Shown: positions 39,503 through 49,955 of the stretch, one piece after another
Numbering within the stretch: the first letter of the stretch is position 1
Layout of the letters: the number at the start of each line of letters is the position of its first letter
Assembly (NCBI GenBank): GCA_030697705.1
Contig: JAUYPE010000005.1
Location: forward strand, 602-64,601
Length of the DNA stretch: 64,000 bases
Reading direction: 5' to 3'
Source: a bacterium
GTDB lineage: Bacteria; Patescibacteriota; Minisyncoccia; Sungbacterales; HO2-52-23
The notes under the pieces: generated by a model
What the model was told of the DNA's origin: nothing
What the model saw: the letters and a program-made list of their open reading frames with translations, nothing else
Databases searched by the model: none
Made by a program: the position numbers and the translations under genes

Positions 39503-41665
39503 ATGGCGAGGAGAAAAAAGAATAGAGACAGAAGAAGGGAGCGAGGACGCGGTGCAAGGGAAGACGCCAGTATGCACCTCAACTTGGCGGTGCATCCGGA
39601 GGTGAAAAAAACGGTGCTCGCGATTTTGTTTTTTGTCGCCGCGCTTGTTTTTGCGTTAAGTTTTGTAGGGAAAGGCGGGACGGCTGGCGCAATGCTTTTT
39701 CGCGGGCTTGATTTTTTGCTCGGTCGCGGTTATTTCTTTGCGCCGTTGACCTGCTTGTTAGCAGGATTCTCACTTCTCTTTTCAGAAACGCCCAAGCTCG
39801 TGCGCGCGACGATGCTTGGGGCGCTTTTGTTTTTGCTCTCGTGCTTAAGCTTATTGCCGATTGTTTTCGGTCCTGGAACGGGCGGGGTGCTCGGCGGGCT
39901 TATTGGCGCGCCATTATTAAAGCTTTTTGATTTTTGGGTGAGTTTGATTATCGTGCTCGCCCTGCTCATAATTTCCCTACTTCTTACGCTTAATGTGCCT
40001 TTTTGGAAAGAACTTTTCGTGCGTGGGGAAGAGGAAGAAGATGAGGAAGAGGAACCGGCAACGGTCGGTGTGGCGGAGGCGGCGGCGATGGGCGTGAAGG
40101 GTGTAATGGATACTATTAAGAGTGCGCTGGAAAAAAATCAACCGGCGGCTGAAATGTCGGCGGCGGTCTTGGCGGCGAAAGAAAAAGATGACGAGGCGAC
40201 GATTGCGGTTCGCCGCGTTGCGAAAAAATTTGATTATAAAAAACCACCACTGGAATTACTCCAGAGCGATCGCGGCAAGCCGACCTCGGGTGATATCCGC
40301 GCCAATGCCAATATCATCAAGCGCACGCTGGAGAATTTCGGTATCAATGTGGAGATGGACGAGGTGAGTATCGGACCAACGCTCACGCAGTATACGCTGA
40401 AGCCAGCGGAGGGAGTGAAGCTCGCGCGCATTACGGCGCTGGGAAATGATCTTTCATTGGCGCTCGCCGCGCATCCCATACGGATAGAGGCGCCGATTCC
40501 GGGCAAGTCGCTCGTCGGTATTGAGGTGCCGAACCGCTCCATCGCGATGGTGGGGCTTCGCACGCTTCTGGAGTATCCGGCGTTTATTGACGCCACTCAG
40601 CCACTACTCATTACGCTCGGTCGCGATGTGACCGGTACGCCCGTTTTTGCCGATCTTGCAAAAATGCCCCACCTGCTCGTGAGCGGCGCGACTGGTTCGG
40701 GAAAGTCGGTGACGATTCATTCTATTATCACTTCGTTGCTCTACCACAATCCTCCCGAAATGCTCCGCTTTATTATGGTTGACCCGAAGCGCGTTGAGCT
40801 CTCGGTGTATAACGACATTCCCCATCTCCTCACGCCAGTTATTACCGATCCCAAAACAACGATTCAGGCGCTCAAATGGGCGGCAAAAGAGATGGATCGT
40901 CGTTACGGACTCCTCTCCGGTAAGAAGTGCCGCGATATCGGGGGCTATAATGCTATTGCATCCAAAGTATCAGACGAAGAAATTATTCCCTACATCATCG
41001 TGATGATTGACGAGCTCGCCGATCTCATGATGGCCTTTCCTCGTGAAATGGAATCCAGTATTATTCGCCTAGCGCAAATGGCGCGGGCGGTTGGGATTCA
41101 CCTGCTCGTTGCGACCCAGCGGCCTTCCGTGGATGTGATTACCGGCCTGATTAAGGCGAATATCACCTCGCGCATCGCTTTGCAGGTCTCCTCGCAAATC
41201 GATTCGCGCACGATTCTTGATATGGCGGGTGCGGAAAAACTGCTTGGCAACGGCGATATGCTTTTCCTTGCCGGGGACACATCCAAACCGCGCCGCATTC
41301 AGGGCGCGTATGTTTCAGAACAAGAGGTGAAGCGCGTTGTTGATTTCCTACGCGAAGAATCCGAAGCGGTTGAGTATAAAGAAGAAATTCTCACGACGAA
41401 AGTTGAGGATGAAAATAAAGGAGCGACCGGGCTCGACGATTTGAACGAAGATGATCCGCTGTATCAGGAGGCGGAGGCGCTTATCCGTGACGCAGGCAAG
41501 GCGTCTGCATCATATCTGCAGAGACGGCTCCGGGTCGGCTACGCGCGCGCGGCACGGATTCTTGACCTGCTTGAGAATAACGGCGTTATCGGTCCGGCGG
41601 ATGGCGCCAAGCCGCGCGAGGTGCTTACCCGGACGGCGGATAGCCGCGAAAACGATCTTATCTAG
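39503..41665 (+). CDS. ftsK: DNA translocase FtsK
   Basis: 4-TM N-terminus, PHLLVSGATGSGKS, ATQRPSVD, gamma domain LQRRLRVGYARAAR. Confidence 0.97.
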   Translation: MARRKKNRDRRRERGRGAREDASMHLNLAVHPEVKKTVLAILFFVAALVFALSFVGKGGTAGAMLFRGLDFLLGRGYFFAPLTCLLAGFSLLFSETPKLVRATMLGALLFLLSCLSLLPIVFGPGTGGVLGGLIGAPLLKLFDFWVSLIIVLALLIISLLLTLNVPFWKELFVRGEEEEDEEEEPATVGVAEAAAMGVKGVMDTIKSALEKNQPAAEMSAAVLAAKEKDDEATIAVRRVAKKFDYKKPPLELLQSDRGKPTSGDIRANANIIKRTLENFGINVEMDEVSIGPTLTQYTLKPAEGVKLARITALGNDLSLALAAHPIRIEAPIPGKSLVGIEVPNRSIAMVGLRTLLEYPAFIDATQPLLITLGRDVTGTPVFADLAKMPHLLVSGATGSGKSVTIHSIITSLLYHNPPEMLRFIMVDPKRVELSVYNDIPHLLTPVITDPKTTIQALKWAAKEMDRRYGLLSGKKCRDIGGYNAIASKVSDEEIIPYIIVMIDELADLMMAFPREMESSIIRLAQMARAVGIHLLVATQRPSVDVITGLIKANITSRIALQVSSQIDSRTILDMAGAEKLLGNGDMLFLAGDTSKPRRIQGAYVSEQEVKRVVDFLREESEAVEYKEEILTTKVEDENKGATGLDDLNEDDPLYQEAEALIRDAGKASASYLQRRLRVGYARAARILDLLENNGVIGPADGAKPREVLTRTADSRENDLI

Positions 41666-41701
41666 AAAAAATCAGTGGCGGGCGGGTAGTTTTTTGCTTT
41701 C

Positions 41702-42604
41702 ATGAATAATAATGCGCTGAAACGGACACACCGTGCTTCTTCGGTCAGTTCGGCGAAGCGGCACACTGGCGGACAGAAAGAGTTTGTCCGTGCGGCAAGC
41801 CATGTGAAGGTGCTGGGCGGGACACATGAAGAAATTGTCAGTGAGAAGGCGGGTTATCGCGCTGAAATGTCTGCCGACGGCGATTTTGCAGAAGATGTGC
41901 GACAAGCGGGTAACCGAGAGATCGTTTCTACTGATACTATGCCGGTCGATATGGCGTCAGAATCGCTCGGCGCGCTCTTGCGCACCATTCGGGAGCGACG
42001 CGGCATGAGCATTGACGAGCTTGCGCGCGAGGTGCATATTGCCGTCGCGTATGTTCGTGCGCTTGAAGAAGAGGACTATCGCGTATTTCCGGCAAAGGTA
42101 TACGCGGAAGGATTTTTGAAACGGGTGGCGCATGTGTTGATTCCCGAGGCGACGGAACAGTGCCTGGCTGTTTTGCGCGAGCATTGGGATCAAGAGATGG
42201 GGACGGGTATGAGTGCGGTTGCCACCACCCGGTCGCTCCGTGCATCGCATCGCGCACCTTTTGCCGTCACCCCGCACCGCATAGTGTTCGGCATTACGGG
42301 GATTTTTTTTGTCGGCGTGATGGTTTTCCTCGGTGTGCGGGTTGTTTCTTTTTTAAGTCCTCCACGGATTTTCTTGGAGAGTCCGCGTGAGGCGGAGACG
42401 GTATCCGTACCGCTTATCCGCGTCAAGGGACGCGTGAATCAGGAGGGGCGTTTGACAGTCAATAATCGTGAAGTTAGGATGGACGAGTCAGGAAATTTCA
42501 ATGAAGAAATTGAAGTCGGCGCAGGCACGAATACGCTTGCCTTTGTTGCGGAAAATAAGTTCGGCAGGCGGGCGGAAGTCGTGCGTCATGTGGTGGTAAA
42601 ATAA
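41702..42604 (+). CDS. RodZ-like HTH membrane protein with a C-terminal Ig-like domain
   Basis: LGALLRTIRE..ALEEEDY..FP..VYAEGFLK, single TM; ftsK-rodZ-recA context; start uncertain. Confidence 0.75.
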   Translation: MNNNALKRTHRASSVSSAKRHTGGQKEFVRAASHVKVLGGTHEEIVSEKAGYRAEMSADGDFAEDVRQAGNREIVSTDTMPVDMASESLGALLRTIRERRGMSIDELAREVHIAVAYVRALEEEDYRVFPAKVYAEGFLKRVAHVLIPEATEQCLAVLREHWDQEMGTGMSAVATTRSLRASHRAPFAVTPHRIVFGITGIFFVGVMVFLGVRVVSFLSPPRIFLESPREAETVSVPLIRVKGRVNQEGRLTVNNREVRMDESGNFNEEIEVGAGTNTLAFVAENKFGRRAEVVRHVVVK

Positions 42605-42658
42605 CGATTGGTGAAGAAAAACATTTTTTAATCAATCCATAGTGTTACTTCATTTCTT

Positions 42659-43675
42659 ATGGCAAAAGAAAAAATAAAAGACGGACGACTGGACAAGGTT
42701 AAAATGCTTGATGCGGCGATCAAGCAAATTCAAGAAAAGTACGGCGAGGGTGCAATTATGCGGCTCGGTGAGCACGACCGTGTGGATATTGATACCATCT
42801 CCACGGGTTCGTTTGCGTTAGACCACGCGCTCGGCGTTGGCGGTTTGCCACGGGGGCGCATCGTCGAACTCTTCGGACCGGAGTCAAGCGGCAAGACGAC
42901 TCTGGCGCTTCATGTCGTGCGCGAGGCACAAAAAAAAGGCGGTCTTGCGGCGTATGTAGATGCGGAGCACGCGATGGATCCCGAATACGCCAAGCATATC
43001 GGCGTGAATATTGACGAACTGCTTATCTCGCAGCCCGATACAGGCGAACAGGCGCTTGAAATCGTTGAGTCGCTGGTGCGTTCTCACGCCGTGGATGTCA
43101 TTGTTGTTGACTCCGTCGCCGCGCTCGTTCCCCGCGCGGAGATAGAAGGAGAGATGGGGCAACAGCATGTGGGACTTCAGGCGCGGCTGATGTCGCACGC
43201 GCTCCGCAAGCTCACCGCCATTGTCGCGCACTCCAATGTGATTATTATTTTCATCAACCAGCTCCGCATGCAAATTGGCATGATGTGGGGCAATCCCGAG
43301 ACGACGCCGGGAGGCAAGGCGCTGAAGTTCTACGCCTCGGTGCGCATAGACATCCGCCGCGCCGCACAAATTAAAAAAGGCGAGGAGATTATCGGCAATC
43401 GCGTAAAGGCAAAAATAGTCAAAAACAAAGTCGCCGCGCCGTTCCGTACCGCCGAGTTTGATATTTTTTACAATGTCGGCATTTCGTTTGAGGCGGAGGT
43501 TATCAATGCGGGCATCACCCACGGGCTTATTAAAAAAGCGGGTGCAAGTTTGAGTTATGATACGCTTCGCCTTGGTGTGGGCTTTGACGCCGCCAAGACC
43601 TACCTCAAAGAAAACCCGAAAGTATGCGAAGAGATCATGGAAAAGATACGAGAAAAGATGAAAGAGAGCTCATAA
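42659..43675 (+). CDS. recA: Recombinase A
   Basis: [25 protein letters not shown]. Confidence 0.99.
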   Translation: MAKEKIKDGRLDKVKMLDAAIKQIQEKYGEGAIMRLGEHDRVDIDTISTGSFALDHALGVGGLPRGRIVELFGPESSGKTTLALHVVREAQKKGGLAAYVDAEHAMDPEYAKHIGVNIDELLISQPDTGEQALEIVESLVRSHAVDVIVVDSVAALVPRAEIEGEMGQQHVGLQARLMSHALRKLTAIVAHSNVIIIFINQLRMQIGMMWGNPETTPGGKALKFYASVRIDIRRAAQIKKGEEIIGNRVKAKIVKNKVAAPFRTAEFDIFYNVGISFEAEVINAGITHGLIKKAGASLSYDTLRLGVGFDAAKTYLKENPKVCEEIMEKIREKMKESS

Positions 43676-43799
43676 CGCTACTTTTTAAGACACACCCGCC
43701 GCACTCCTGCGGTGCGACGGGCTAAGGGTCGGAAGAAGTTTTGCACAGAGCGCAAGCCGAGCAACTTCTTCCTCCCATTGTCTTAAAAATCAGCGTTAT
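43672..43799. repeat. 128-bp palindromic element overlapping the recA stop
   Basis: ATAACGCT-AC-TTTTTAAGACA ... TGTCTTAAAAA-TC-AGCGTTAT with two internal hairpins. Confidence 0.65.
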
Positions 43800-43879
43800 T
43801 TTTTGGGAATATAAAAAGGAAAATAAAATGACTTTCCCTGCTTGTGGAAAGTCATTTTATTTTGAGAGGTAATAATTTT

Positions 43880-44092
43880 CTATCGTGTGGTGAACGGTAC
43901 GAGGGCGAGAGAGCGGGCGCGTTTGATAGCGGTGGCAAGTTCGCGTTGGTGGGAGGCGCAGAGACCCGATTTCTTACGCGGGTAGATCTTGCCGCTCGCG
44001 CTCAAAAACTTACGGAGATTCTCCACATCTTTATAATTAGCGCCACTGCGGCTCGTCGTACAAAAAAAGCACTGTTTTTTATTCTCTTGCAT
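43880..44092 (-). CDS. rpsR: 30S ribosomal protein S18 (Zn-binding type)
   Basis: [33 protein letters not shown]. Confidence 0.96.
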   Translation of the reverse strand: MQENKKQCFFCTTSRSGANYKDVENLRKFLSASGKIYPRKKSGLCASHQRELATAIKRARSLALVPFTTR

Positions 44093-44098
44093 ATTATG

Positions 44099-44259
44099 AG
44101 ACCCACTGCTTAATAACCTTTTCTACTCCGACCGTGCTTTTTCGGCTGCAAACAACTCATCGCTCGTCGATGAATACCTTGCATTCACCTCCTCGCGTTT
44201 CATTGTTTTCGCCCGAAAAAGCATGGTCTCGCTACGAAAAATTATTAAGCAGTGGGTCT
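44099..44259. repeat. ~160-bp rod-like palindromic element, copy 1
   Basis: 18-bp perfect terminal IR AGACCCACTGCTTAATAA / TTATTAAGCAGTGGGTCT; internal motifs shared with 53064-53224. Confidence 0.8.
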
Positions 44260-44260
44260 A

Positions 44261-44788
44261 TTAAAAAGGTATATCTTTGACATCTATTTCTTCTCCGTCT
44301 TCCGGAAGCTCAATAATGGGCGGTTCTTCCTGTCCACCGCCGTCAGCGCGTGCCGACGGTTGATTCTGATTGTTCCGGTCGCGCGATGGCGTGCTGTTAT
44401 ATCGCTCTCCGCGCATCAGCGATGCTCCTTGCTCTTGTCCTCCGCCCATTATCGCTCCCGCCGGTCGCGGACCGAATTGAAATTCATCCACGACAATTTC
44501 AGTGCGGTAGTGTTTGACACCCTGTTGATCCTGCCATGAGCGCGTTTGCAGTCGCCCCTCAATAAACATACTGCTGCCTTTTTTCATGTACTGGGCGATG
44601 ACCTCGGCCTGTCGTCCCCATGCGACCAAATTATGGAATTCCACCTGGTCGCGCTTCTGCCCGCTCGCGTCGTTGAAGGTGCGATTGGTCGCAATCCCGA
44701 ACGTGCACACCGGCTGACCGCCGGGCGTTTGGCGAATTTCCGGGTCGCGTGTAAAATTGCCGAAAAGGAATACTTTGTTGAGGTTCAT
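44261..44788 (-). CDS. ssb: Single-stranded DNA-binding protein
   Basis: NKVFLFGN..DPE, EGRLQTRSW, C-terminal DIPF. Confidence 0.98.
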   Translation of the reverse strand: MNLNKVFLFGNFTRDPEIRQTPGGQPVCTFGIATNRTFNDASGQKRDQVEFHNLVAWGRQAEVIAQYMKKGSSMFIEGRLQTRSWQDQQGVKHYRTEIVVDEFQFGPRPAGAIMGGGQEQGASLMRGERYNSTPSRDRNNQNQPSARADGGGQEEPPIIELPEDGEEIDVKDIPF

Positions 44789-44793
44789 GGGGT

Positions 44794-44876
44794 TAGTTTG
44801 TAGTAAGTAGTTGGTAGGGGATAGAGGATGGTATCTTCGCTTTTCCTAAAACCTATCCACTAAAATCTACTCACTA
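44794..44876. repeat. Intergenic heptamer-arm inverted repeat
   Basis: TAG every 7 nt from 44794 to 44822 and CTA every 7 nt from 44846 to 44874. Confidence 0.75.
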
Positions 44877-45344
44877 TTTTCCTAATATCTCTTCCAATTT
44901 TTTATCCAACGCCTCTAGATCCAACTTGTCATCCGTCTTATCCGCCTCGCGGAGTATGACCAATGTTTGCTGTTGGGTGCGCGGCGGCATGGCGGGGCGA
45001 GCGATGGCGGCGTCAAAGGGCTTCATCTGGCGCAGCTTTTGCTTGTGCTCGTCCTGTTGGATAACCATAAACCGCAAAAGCTCCGGTATGGTTTGGAGTC
45101 GCTTTTCCAAACTCGCTATCTGCATCGGTTCGCACCGGAACGCTGTCCAGCCAAAATAAGCGTTCCGCTCTTTTTTGACCCGATATGCTAAGCGATACCG
45201 CGAGGGCTGTTCCGCATGCTGGATGAGCCCTTTGACCTCCTCAATCAAGTTATTGAGCTTGTGGGTATGCCCCAGTGCCTCCTCCTCGGGTATGGAGGGG
45301 GAGAGTAGGTAGGCAAGCTCATACGACCGTGGTTCTGATTCCAT
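44874..45344 (-). CDS. rpsF: 30S ribosomal protein S6
   Basis: RSYELAYLL, RLAYRVKK..AYF, LLRFMVI; rpsF-ssb-rpsR order. Confidence 0.92.
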   Translation of the reverse strand: MESEPRSYELAYLLSPSIPEEEALGHTHKLNNLIEEVKGLIQHAEQPSRYRLAYRVKKERNAYFGWTAFRCEPMQIASLEKRLQTIPELLRFMVIQQDEHKQKLRQMKPFDAAIARPAMPPRTQQQTLVILREADKTDDKLDLEALDKKLEEILGK

Positions 45345-45508
45345 AGTCCATTGATACTACAAAAAGGAACGGCTGTCCACAAGGTTGACAGAACCGTAAT
45401 TTCTTTTTATACTCTTACTTGAGTCGTTGTTATGTTATTCCGAATAATAGAGGTGCCCTCATGTTGCCATCGGATGAATTATAATTCGGTGGCATTTTTT
45501 TGTTTTTC

Positions 45509-46609
45509 TTAAACTCTAAACTCAACGACATCGCCGTCCTGGACGATATATTCTTTACCCTCTATGCGGAGTAGGCCGAGTTCGCGGGCACGGGCGTATG
45601 AGCCGGCTTCCAGTAGTTTTTTATAATGGATAACTTCGGCGCGGATAAATTTTTCCTCAAAGTCGGAGTGAATGGTGCGTCCCGCTTGCGGTGCGGTGGA
45701 GTCGGCACGAACCGTCCACGCCCGTGTCTCGTCCTCGCCCGTCGTCAAAAAAGTAATGAGTTCGAGTGTGTCGTATGCCGTGCGAATGAGCCGGTCGAGT
45801 CCGCTTTTTTCAAGACCGATACTCGCAAGATATTCTCGCCGTTCATCGTCGCCGAGCTCCGAAAGCTCCGCTTCTATTTTTGCGGAGACGGCAATCCATG
45901 GAGCCAAACCAATTTTTTGCTGAAGTTTTTCATCGGGTTGCCAATGGTGCTGGATTTGCCGTTCACTCACATTAAAGATATAGAGGATGGGTTTTGCCGT
46001 GAGGAGATTGAGCTCGCGATCAATGGTCGTCATCGTCTCGCGTTGGGACATTGAAAAATGTTCCAGGGCGGCGCGGGCGAGTAATCCTCTTTCCAATTCT
46101 TTTTGTAAAAACTCCAGCATTACGGCTATTTCTCCAGCTCCTTTCTTCTTCGCACGGGCATCGGTATGAGCCGTTGCCAGACGCCGCGTTATCGTCTCCA
46201 GATCTTTTAGGATAAGTTCATACTCGATAACTTCAATGTCTGAAACGGGGTCGGGTGTTTCGGAGACATGGATAATATCACCGTCCTCAAAAATGCGTAC
46301 GACCTCGGCGATAGCGTCCGTTTCGCGAATGTGCGTAAGAAATTTATTGCCAAGTCCCTCACCCTCCGCCGCACCCTTGACGAGTCCGGCGATATCCACG
46401 AACTCAATGACCGCCGGAACGACTTTCTGTGAATGCGACAGTGCGGTAAGTTGAGCAAGCCGCTCGTCGGGAACGGGAACGACACCCACATTGGGCTCAA
46501 TAGTGCAGAACGGATAATTTTGGATATCAACTTTCTGGCGCGTGAGGGCGCTGAAAAGGGTTGACTTTCCCACATTCGGCAAGCCAACTATGCCTATCTT
46601 TAAAGACAT
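45509..46609 (-). CDS. ychF: Redox-regulated ATPase YchF
   Basis: [36 protein letters not shown]. Confidence 0.98.
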   Translation of the reverse strand: MSLKIGIVGLPNVGKSTLFSALTRQKVDIQNYPFCTIEPNVGVVPVPDERLAQLTALSHSQKVVPAVIEFVDIAGLVKGAAEGEGLGNKFLTHIRETDAIAEVVRIFEDGDIIHVSETPDPVSDIEVIEYELILKDLETITRRLATAHTDARAKKKGAGEIAVMLEFLQKELERGLLARAALEHFSMSQRETMTTIDRELNLLTAKPILYIFNVSERQIQHHWQPDEKLQQKIGLAPWIAVSAKIEAELSELGDDERREYLASIGLEKSGLDRLIRTAYDTLELITFLTTGEDETRAWTVRADSTAPQAGRTIHSDFEEKFIRAEVIHYKKLLEAGSYARARELGLLRIEGKEYIVQDGDVVEFRV

Positions 46610-46742
46610 ATCGCGCCATGATATAACAAAAAAACACGAAGATCAATCGGTAGGCTGTTGACAAAAAAACGGGTAAGGATTACAAGTATAAGTATGTGTG
46701 TTGTCCGGAAAAAACGCGTGCGGGCAACACAAGAGGAGAGAG

Positions 46743-47531
46743 ATGATGAAGTGGATTGTTTCCGTAAGTATGGTTCTTTTTTTAGCGCTGTGGATCGCGT
46801 CTCCTGTGACTGCGGGGAGTGCCGTCACGGGATTGCCATCCCATGCGCAGATCACGGCGGCGCTTGAAAAGGCGTGTGCCAAGGGGGTTAATAACGGATC
46901 CATTTTCTCGCCGTGCGAGATGTGGGTCGGCGTGGTGCGTCTTGACGGGACAGTCGCCGTTGTCGCCAAGAACGGCCATGATCCCTGGAAGGGCAGTCGG
47001 GTCATCGCCATGCAGAAAGCGAATACCGGGCGTCTTTTCAGTAAAGATCGGGGATTAGCGCTTTCAACGGCGAACTTGTTCAGTGCCGTGCAGCCGGGAG
47101 GGAGTTTGTTCGGGTTGCAATTCAGCAACCCCATTGACACGCACACGGCGTATCGGGGACCTGCCACGCAGTATGGCACGCTAACCGACCCGGCAGTTGG
47201 TCGGCGCGTTGGAGGTGTAAATGTGTTCGGCGGAGGTCTGGCGTTGTATGATGCCAAGGGACGCATCATCGGCGGATTGGGTGTGAGTGGCGACAGTCCA
47301 TGCGCCGATCACAACATTGCGTGGCGTATCCGTCACGCGCTCGGTCTTGATCATGTCCCTGCGGGTGTTAACAAGGCCGGATACGGTGGAGCAGTGGCGC
47401 CGGTCACAGGTGATGACAACATCATCTATGGACCGGGAGGTTTTTCCCACGCTGAATGCGGATTCGGCGAAAAGACCGTTACCGATCTGCCCGCCGTCTC
47501 TCCAGTTCCGACCGCCACAGCTATGAAGTGA
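46743..47531 (+). CDS. Secreted GlcG/HbpS-family heme-binding protein
   Basis: Signal peptide, IAMQKANT, LSTANL, GGGLAL..IGGLGVSGD..AD. Confidence 0.8.
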   Translation: MMKWIVSVSMVLFLALWIASPVTAGSAVTGLPSHAQITAALEKACAKGVNNGSIFSPCEMWVGVVRLDGTVAVVAKNGHDPWKGSRVIAMQKANTGRLFSKDRGLALSTANLFSAVQPGGSLFGLQFSNPIDTHTAYRGPATQYGTLTDPAVGRRVGGVNVFGGGLALYDAKGRIIGGLGVSGDSPCADHNIAWRIRHALGLDHVPAGVNKAGYGGAVAPVTGDDNIIYGPGGFSHAECGFGEKTVTDLPAVSPVPTATAMK

Positions 47532-47644
47532 AAAAACAACTACCCGCACGCGTTTTAACCAGACCACTTTGCATTCGTGCGGAGTGGTCGGTTCTTTTTA
47601 TAGGATTGTATCTGCAGGTGTTATAGTGATAAACTAGAAAAACT

Positions 47645-48451
47645 ATGAAAATTACCAATCTTAAAAAACTCAAACCAAAAGAGGCGATTGTCTTTGATCT
47701 TGACGGTACGGTTGCCCCGACCAAGGCGCCTATAGACGCGGAGATGGCGACGCTGATCACGCGCCTGCTTGCCGTGCAGAAGGTCGTCATTATCGGTGGC
47801 GGCAAATACGGTATTTTCAAGACCCAGTTCCTTCAGCAGTTAAAAGCTCCAAAACCTCTTCTGAAGAATCTTTTTCTCTTTCCCGCCACGGCAACCTCAT
47901 TTTATAAATATGACGCTGGCTGGAAAAATATCTACGCGCTCCATCTGACCACGGCAGAAAAAGAAAAAATCAAAACAGCGTTTCGCGATGTATTTGAAAA
48001 AACCGGTTATCACCATCCTCGAAAAGTATACGGCAAGGTAATTGAAGACCGCGGCACGCAGATTACGTTTTCGGCGCTGGGTCAGGATGTCGTCGCGGTG
48101 CTTGGGGCGAAACGGGGAGTTCCGTTGAAAGAAAAATGGTTGCATGAAAACCGCGCGGTCAAAATGAACATGGCAAGACACCTCGCCAAGCTTCTGCCGG
48201 ACTTGGAGGTGCACGCCGCAGGATTCACCTCCATCGATATAACCAAAAAAGGCATTGATAAGGCGTACGGTCTGGAACAAGTTAAAAAGCATCTGGGAGT
48301 GGAAATAAGAAGTATGCTTTTTGTGGGAGACGCAATCTTTCCCGGCGGCAACGACTACGCGGTCGTCAAAACGGGAGTGGATTATGTTCCCGTAAGCGGA
48401 CCAGCTCAAACGAAAACGATCATTCGTGCGCTCCTTGCCAAGGGGGAATAA
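47645..48451 (+). CDS. HAD-IIB hydrolase (phosphomannomutase-like)
   Basis: FDLDGT, EDRGTQITFS, SIDIT..DKAY, GDAIFPGGND. Confidence 0.88.
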   Translation: MKITNLKKLKPKEAIVFDLDGTVAPTKAPIDAEMATLITRLLAVQKVVIIGGGKYGIFKTQFLQQLKAPKPLLKNLFLFPATATSFYKYDAGWKNIYALHLTTAEKEKIKTAFRDVFEKTGYHHPRKVYGKVIEDRGTQITFSALGQDVVAVLGAKRGVPLKEKWLHENRAVKMNMARHLAKLLPDLEVHAAGFTSIDITKKGIDKAYGLEQVKKHLGVEIRSMLFVGDAIFPGGNDYAVVKTGVDYVPVSGPAQTKTIIRALLAKGE

Positions 48452-48561
48452 TGAAGATGAGCGAATGAGGTTATATTTGACTTTATTCACCTCTATGTTA
48501 TATTGGTCATCGTCGTGAGTATTGGTTGTTTTTGCAAGAAAGAAAAGAGGGGGTGCTCGTA

Positions 48562-48729
48562 ATGGATACAATTCATACGACGAATAGTGTTGAAGGTGTA
48601 GAAATAGAACGCAAGTGGCGGCTGTTTCGCTTACCGCCGCGTGAAATTCTGGGAAAAGGGTATATGCGGTGCCAGGGGTACTTAATCGTGGAGTATCAAG
48701 GACCGCTTAAGCCGCTTATGACCATTTAA
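48562..48729 (+). pseudogene. CYTH-domain N-terminal fragment
   Basis: EIERKW (ExExK motif) and QGYL in only 55 aa; has its own promoter, SD and terminator. Confidence 0.6.
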
Positions 48730-48813
48730 GTATAAGGGTTCTCAAGCATATTTTGCGGAGGAGCCCTTTTTATTTTGAGAATATTCGCGTGTGGTGTATG
48801 ATGCTTCGTATCC

Positions 48814-49899
48814 ATGAGTGTAGAATTTTTCATAATTGCCGTGGTGGTTGTAGCTGGATTCGTCGGCATTTTTTTCGTATTGGTGAAACGGACGGGGAGG
48901 CAGGAGGTCATACCGCAAAACAATGACACTCTTTTACTTTTGCAGAACCAGATAAATGAAATCGCTCGGGCGCTGGACGGGCGGATGGCGGAATCATCGC
49001 GTCTCATGCAAACACAATTTGGAACGATGCAGACCGCCATGCAGTCGCAGGTGGGAGCGAGCGCGCGAATCGTGCAGGAGGTGACGGAACGGCTGACCAA
49101 ATTAGACGAGACGAACCGGCAGGTTGTTGGTTTTGCCGATCAGCTCAAAAATTTGCAGGATATTTTGAAAAACCCCAAACAGCGAGGGATTTTAGGGGAA
49201 TATTTTTTGGAGACCTTGCTCAAAAATGTCATGCCGCCCGGGAGTTTTCAGATGCAATATGCCTTCCCCGACGGGCTCGTTGCGGACGCGGTTGTCTTCG
49301 TCAAAGAGAAAAAAATCTGCATTGATTCAAAATTTTCATTGGAAAATTATAATCGTATTCTAGTCGCCGGCGACGCTGTGGAGCGCGAGCGGTTGGAGCG
49401 GGTTTTTCGTGCTGACCTCAAAGACCGCATTGACGAAACGGCGAAATATGTAAAGCCGGATCAGGGGACGATGGATTTTGCATTTATGTTTATTCCCGCC
49501 GAGGCGATTTACTACGACCTTCTCGTCAATCAAGTCGGCGCGGTGAAGGTCAATACCCAGGACTTAATTCAGTACGCCTTTAAAGACAAGCATGTCATTA
49601 TCGTTTCGCCGACATCTTTTTTGGCATATTTGCAGACCGTTTTGCAGGGATTGCGGGCGTTGCAAATAGAGGAGTCAGCGAAAGAAATTCGCAAGAATGT
49701 GGAACAGCTCACGCGCCACATGAAAAGCTATGAGGAGTATTTTGGAAAAATTGGTACGCATCTTGGTACGACGGTTAATATGTACAACAACGCACGCAAG
49801 GAGTTCGGCAAAATTGACAAAGACATGCTCCGTATCACGGGGGAGGGAGTGGGCATGGAGCTTGAGGCTATTGAGGGTCCTGCCAACGAGGAGGGGTAG
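48814..49899 (+). CDS. rmuC: DNA recombination protein RmuC
   Basis: N-terminal TM, coiled coil, RGILGE, IDSKF, DFAFMFIPAE, VSPT. Confidence 0.93.
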   Translation: MSVEFFIIAVVVVAGFVGIFFVLVKRTGRQEVIPQNNDTLLLLQNQINEIARALDGRMAESSRLMQTQFGTMQTAMQSQVGASARIVQEVTERLTKLDETNRQVVGFADQLKNLQDILKNPKQRGILGEYFLETLLKNVMPPGSFQMQYAFPDGLVADAVVFVKEKKICIDSKFSLENYNRILVAGDAVERERLERVFRADLKDRIDETAKYVKPDQGTMDFAFMFIPAEAIYYDLLVNQVGAVKVNTQDLIQYAFKDKHVIIVSPTSFLAYLQTVLQGLRALQIEESAKEIRKNVEQLTRHMKSYEEYFGKIGTHLGTTVNMYNNARKEFGKIDKDMLRITGEGVGMELEAIEGPANEEG

Positions 49900-49955
49900 T
49901 TCCTAAAAAAAGCCATATTGCAAAAGAAAACAGTCCATGCTACCATCGAGAAACT

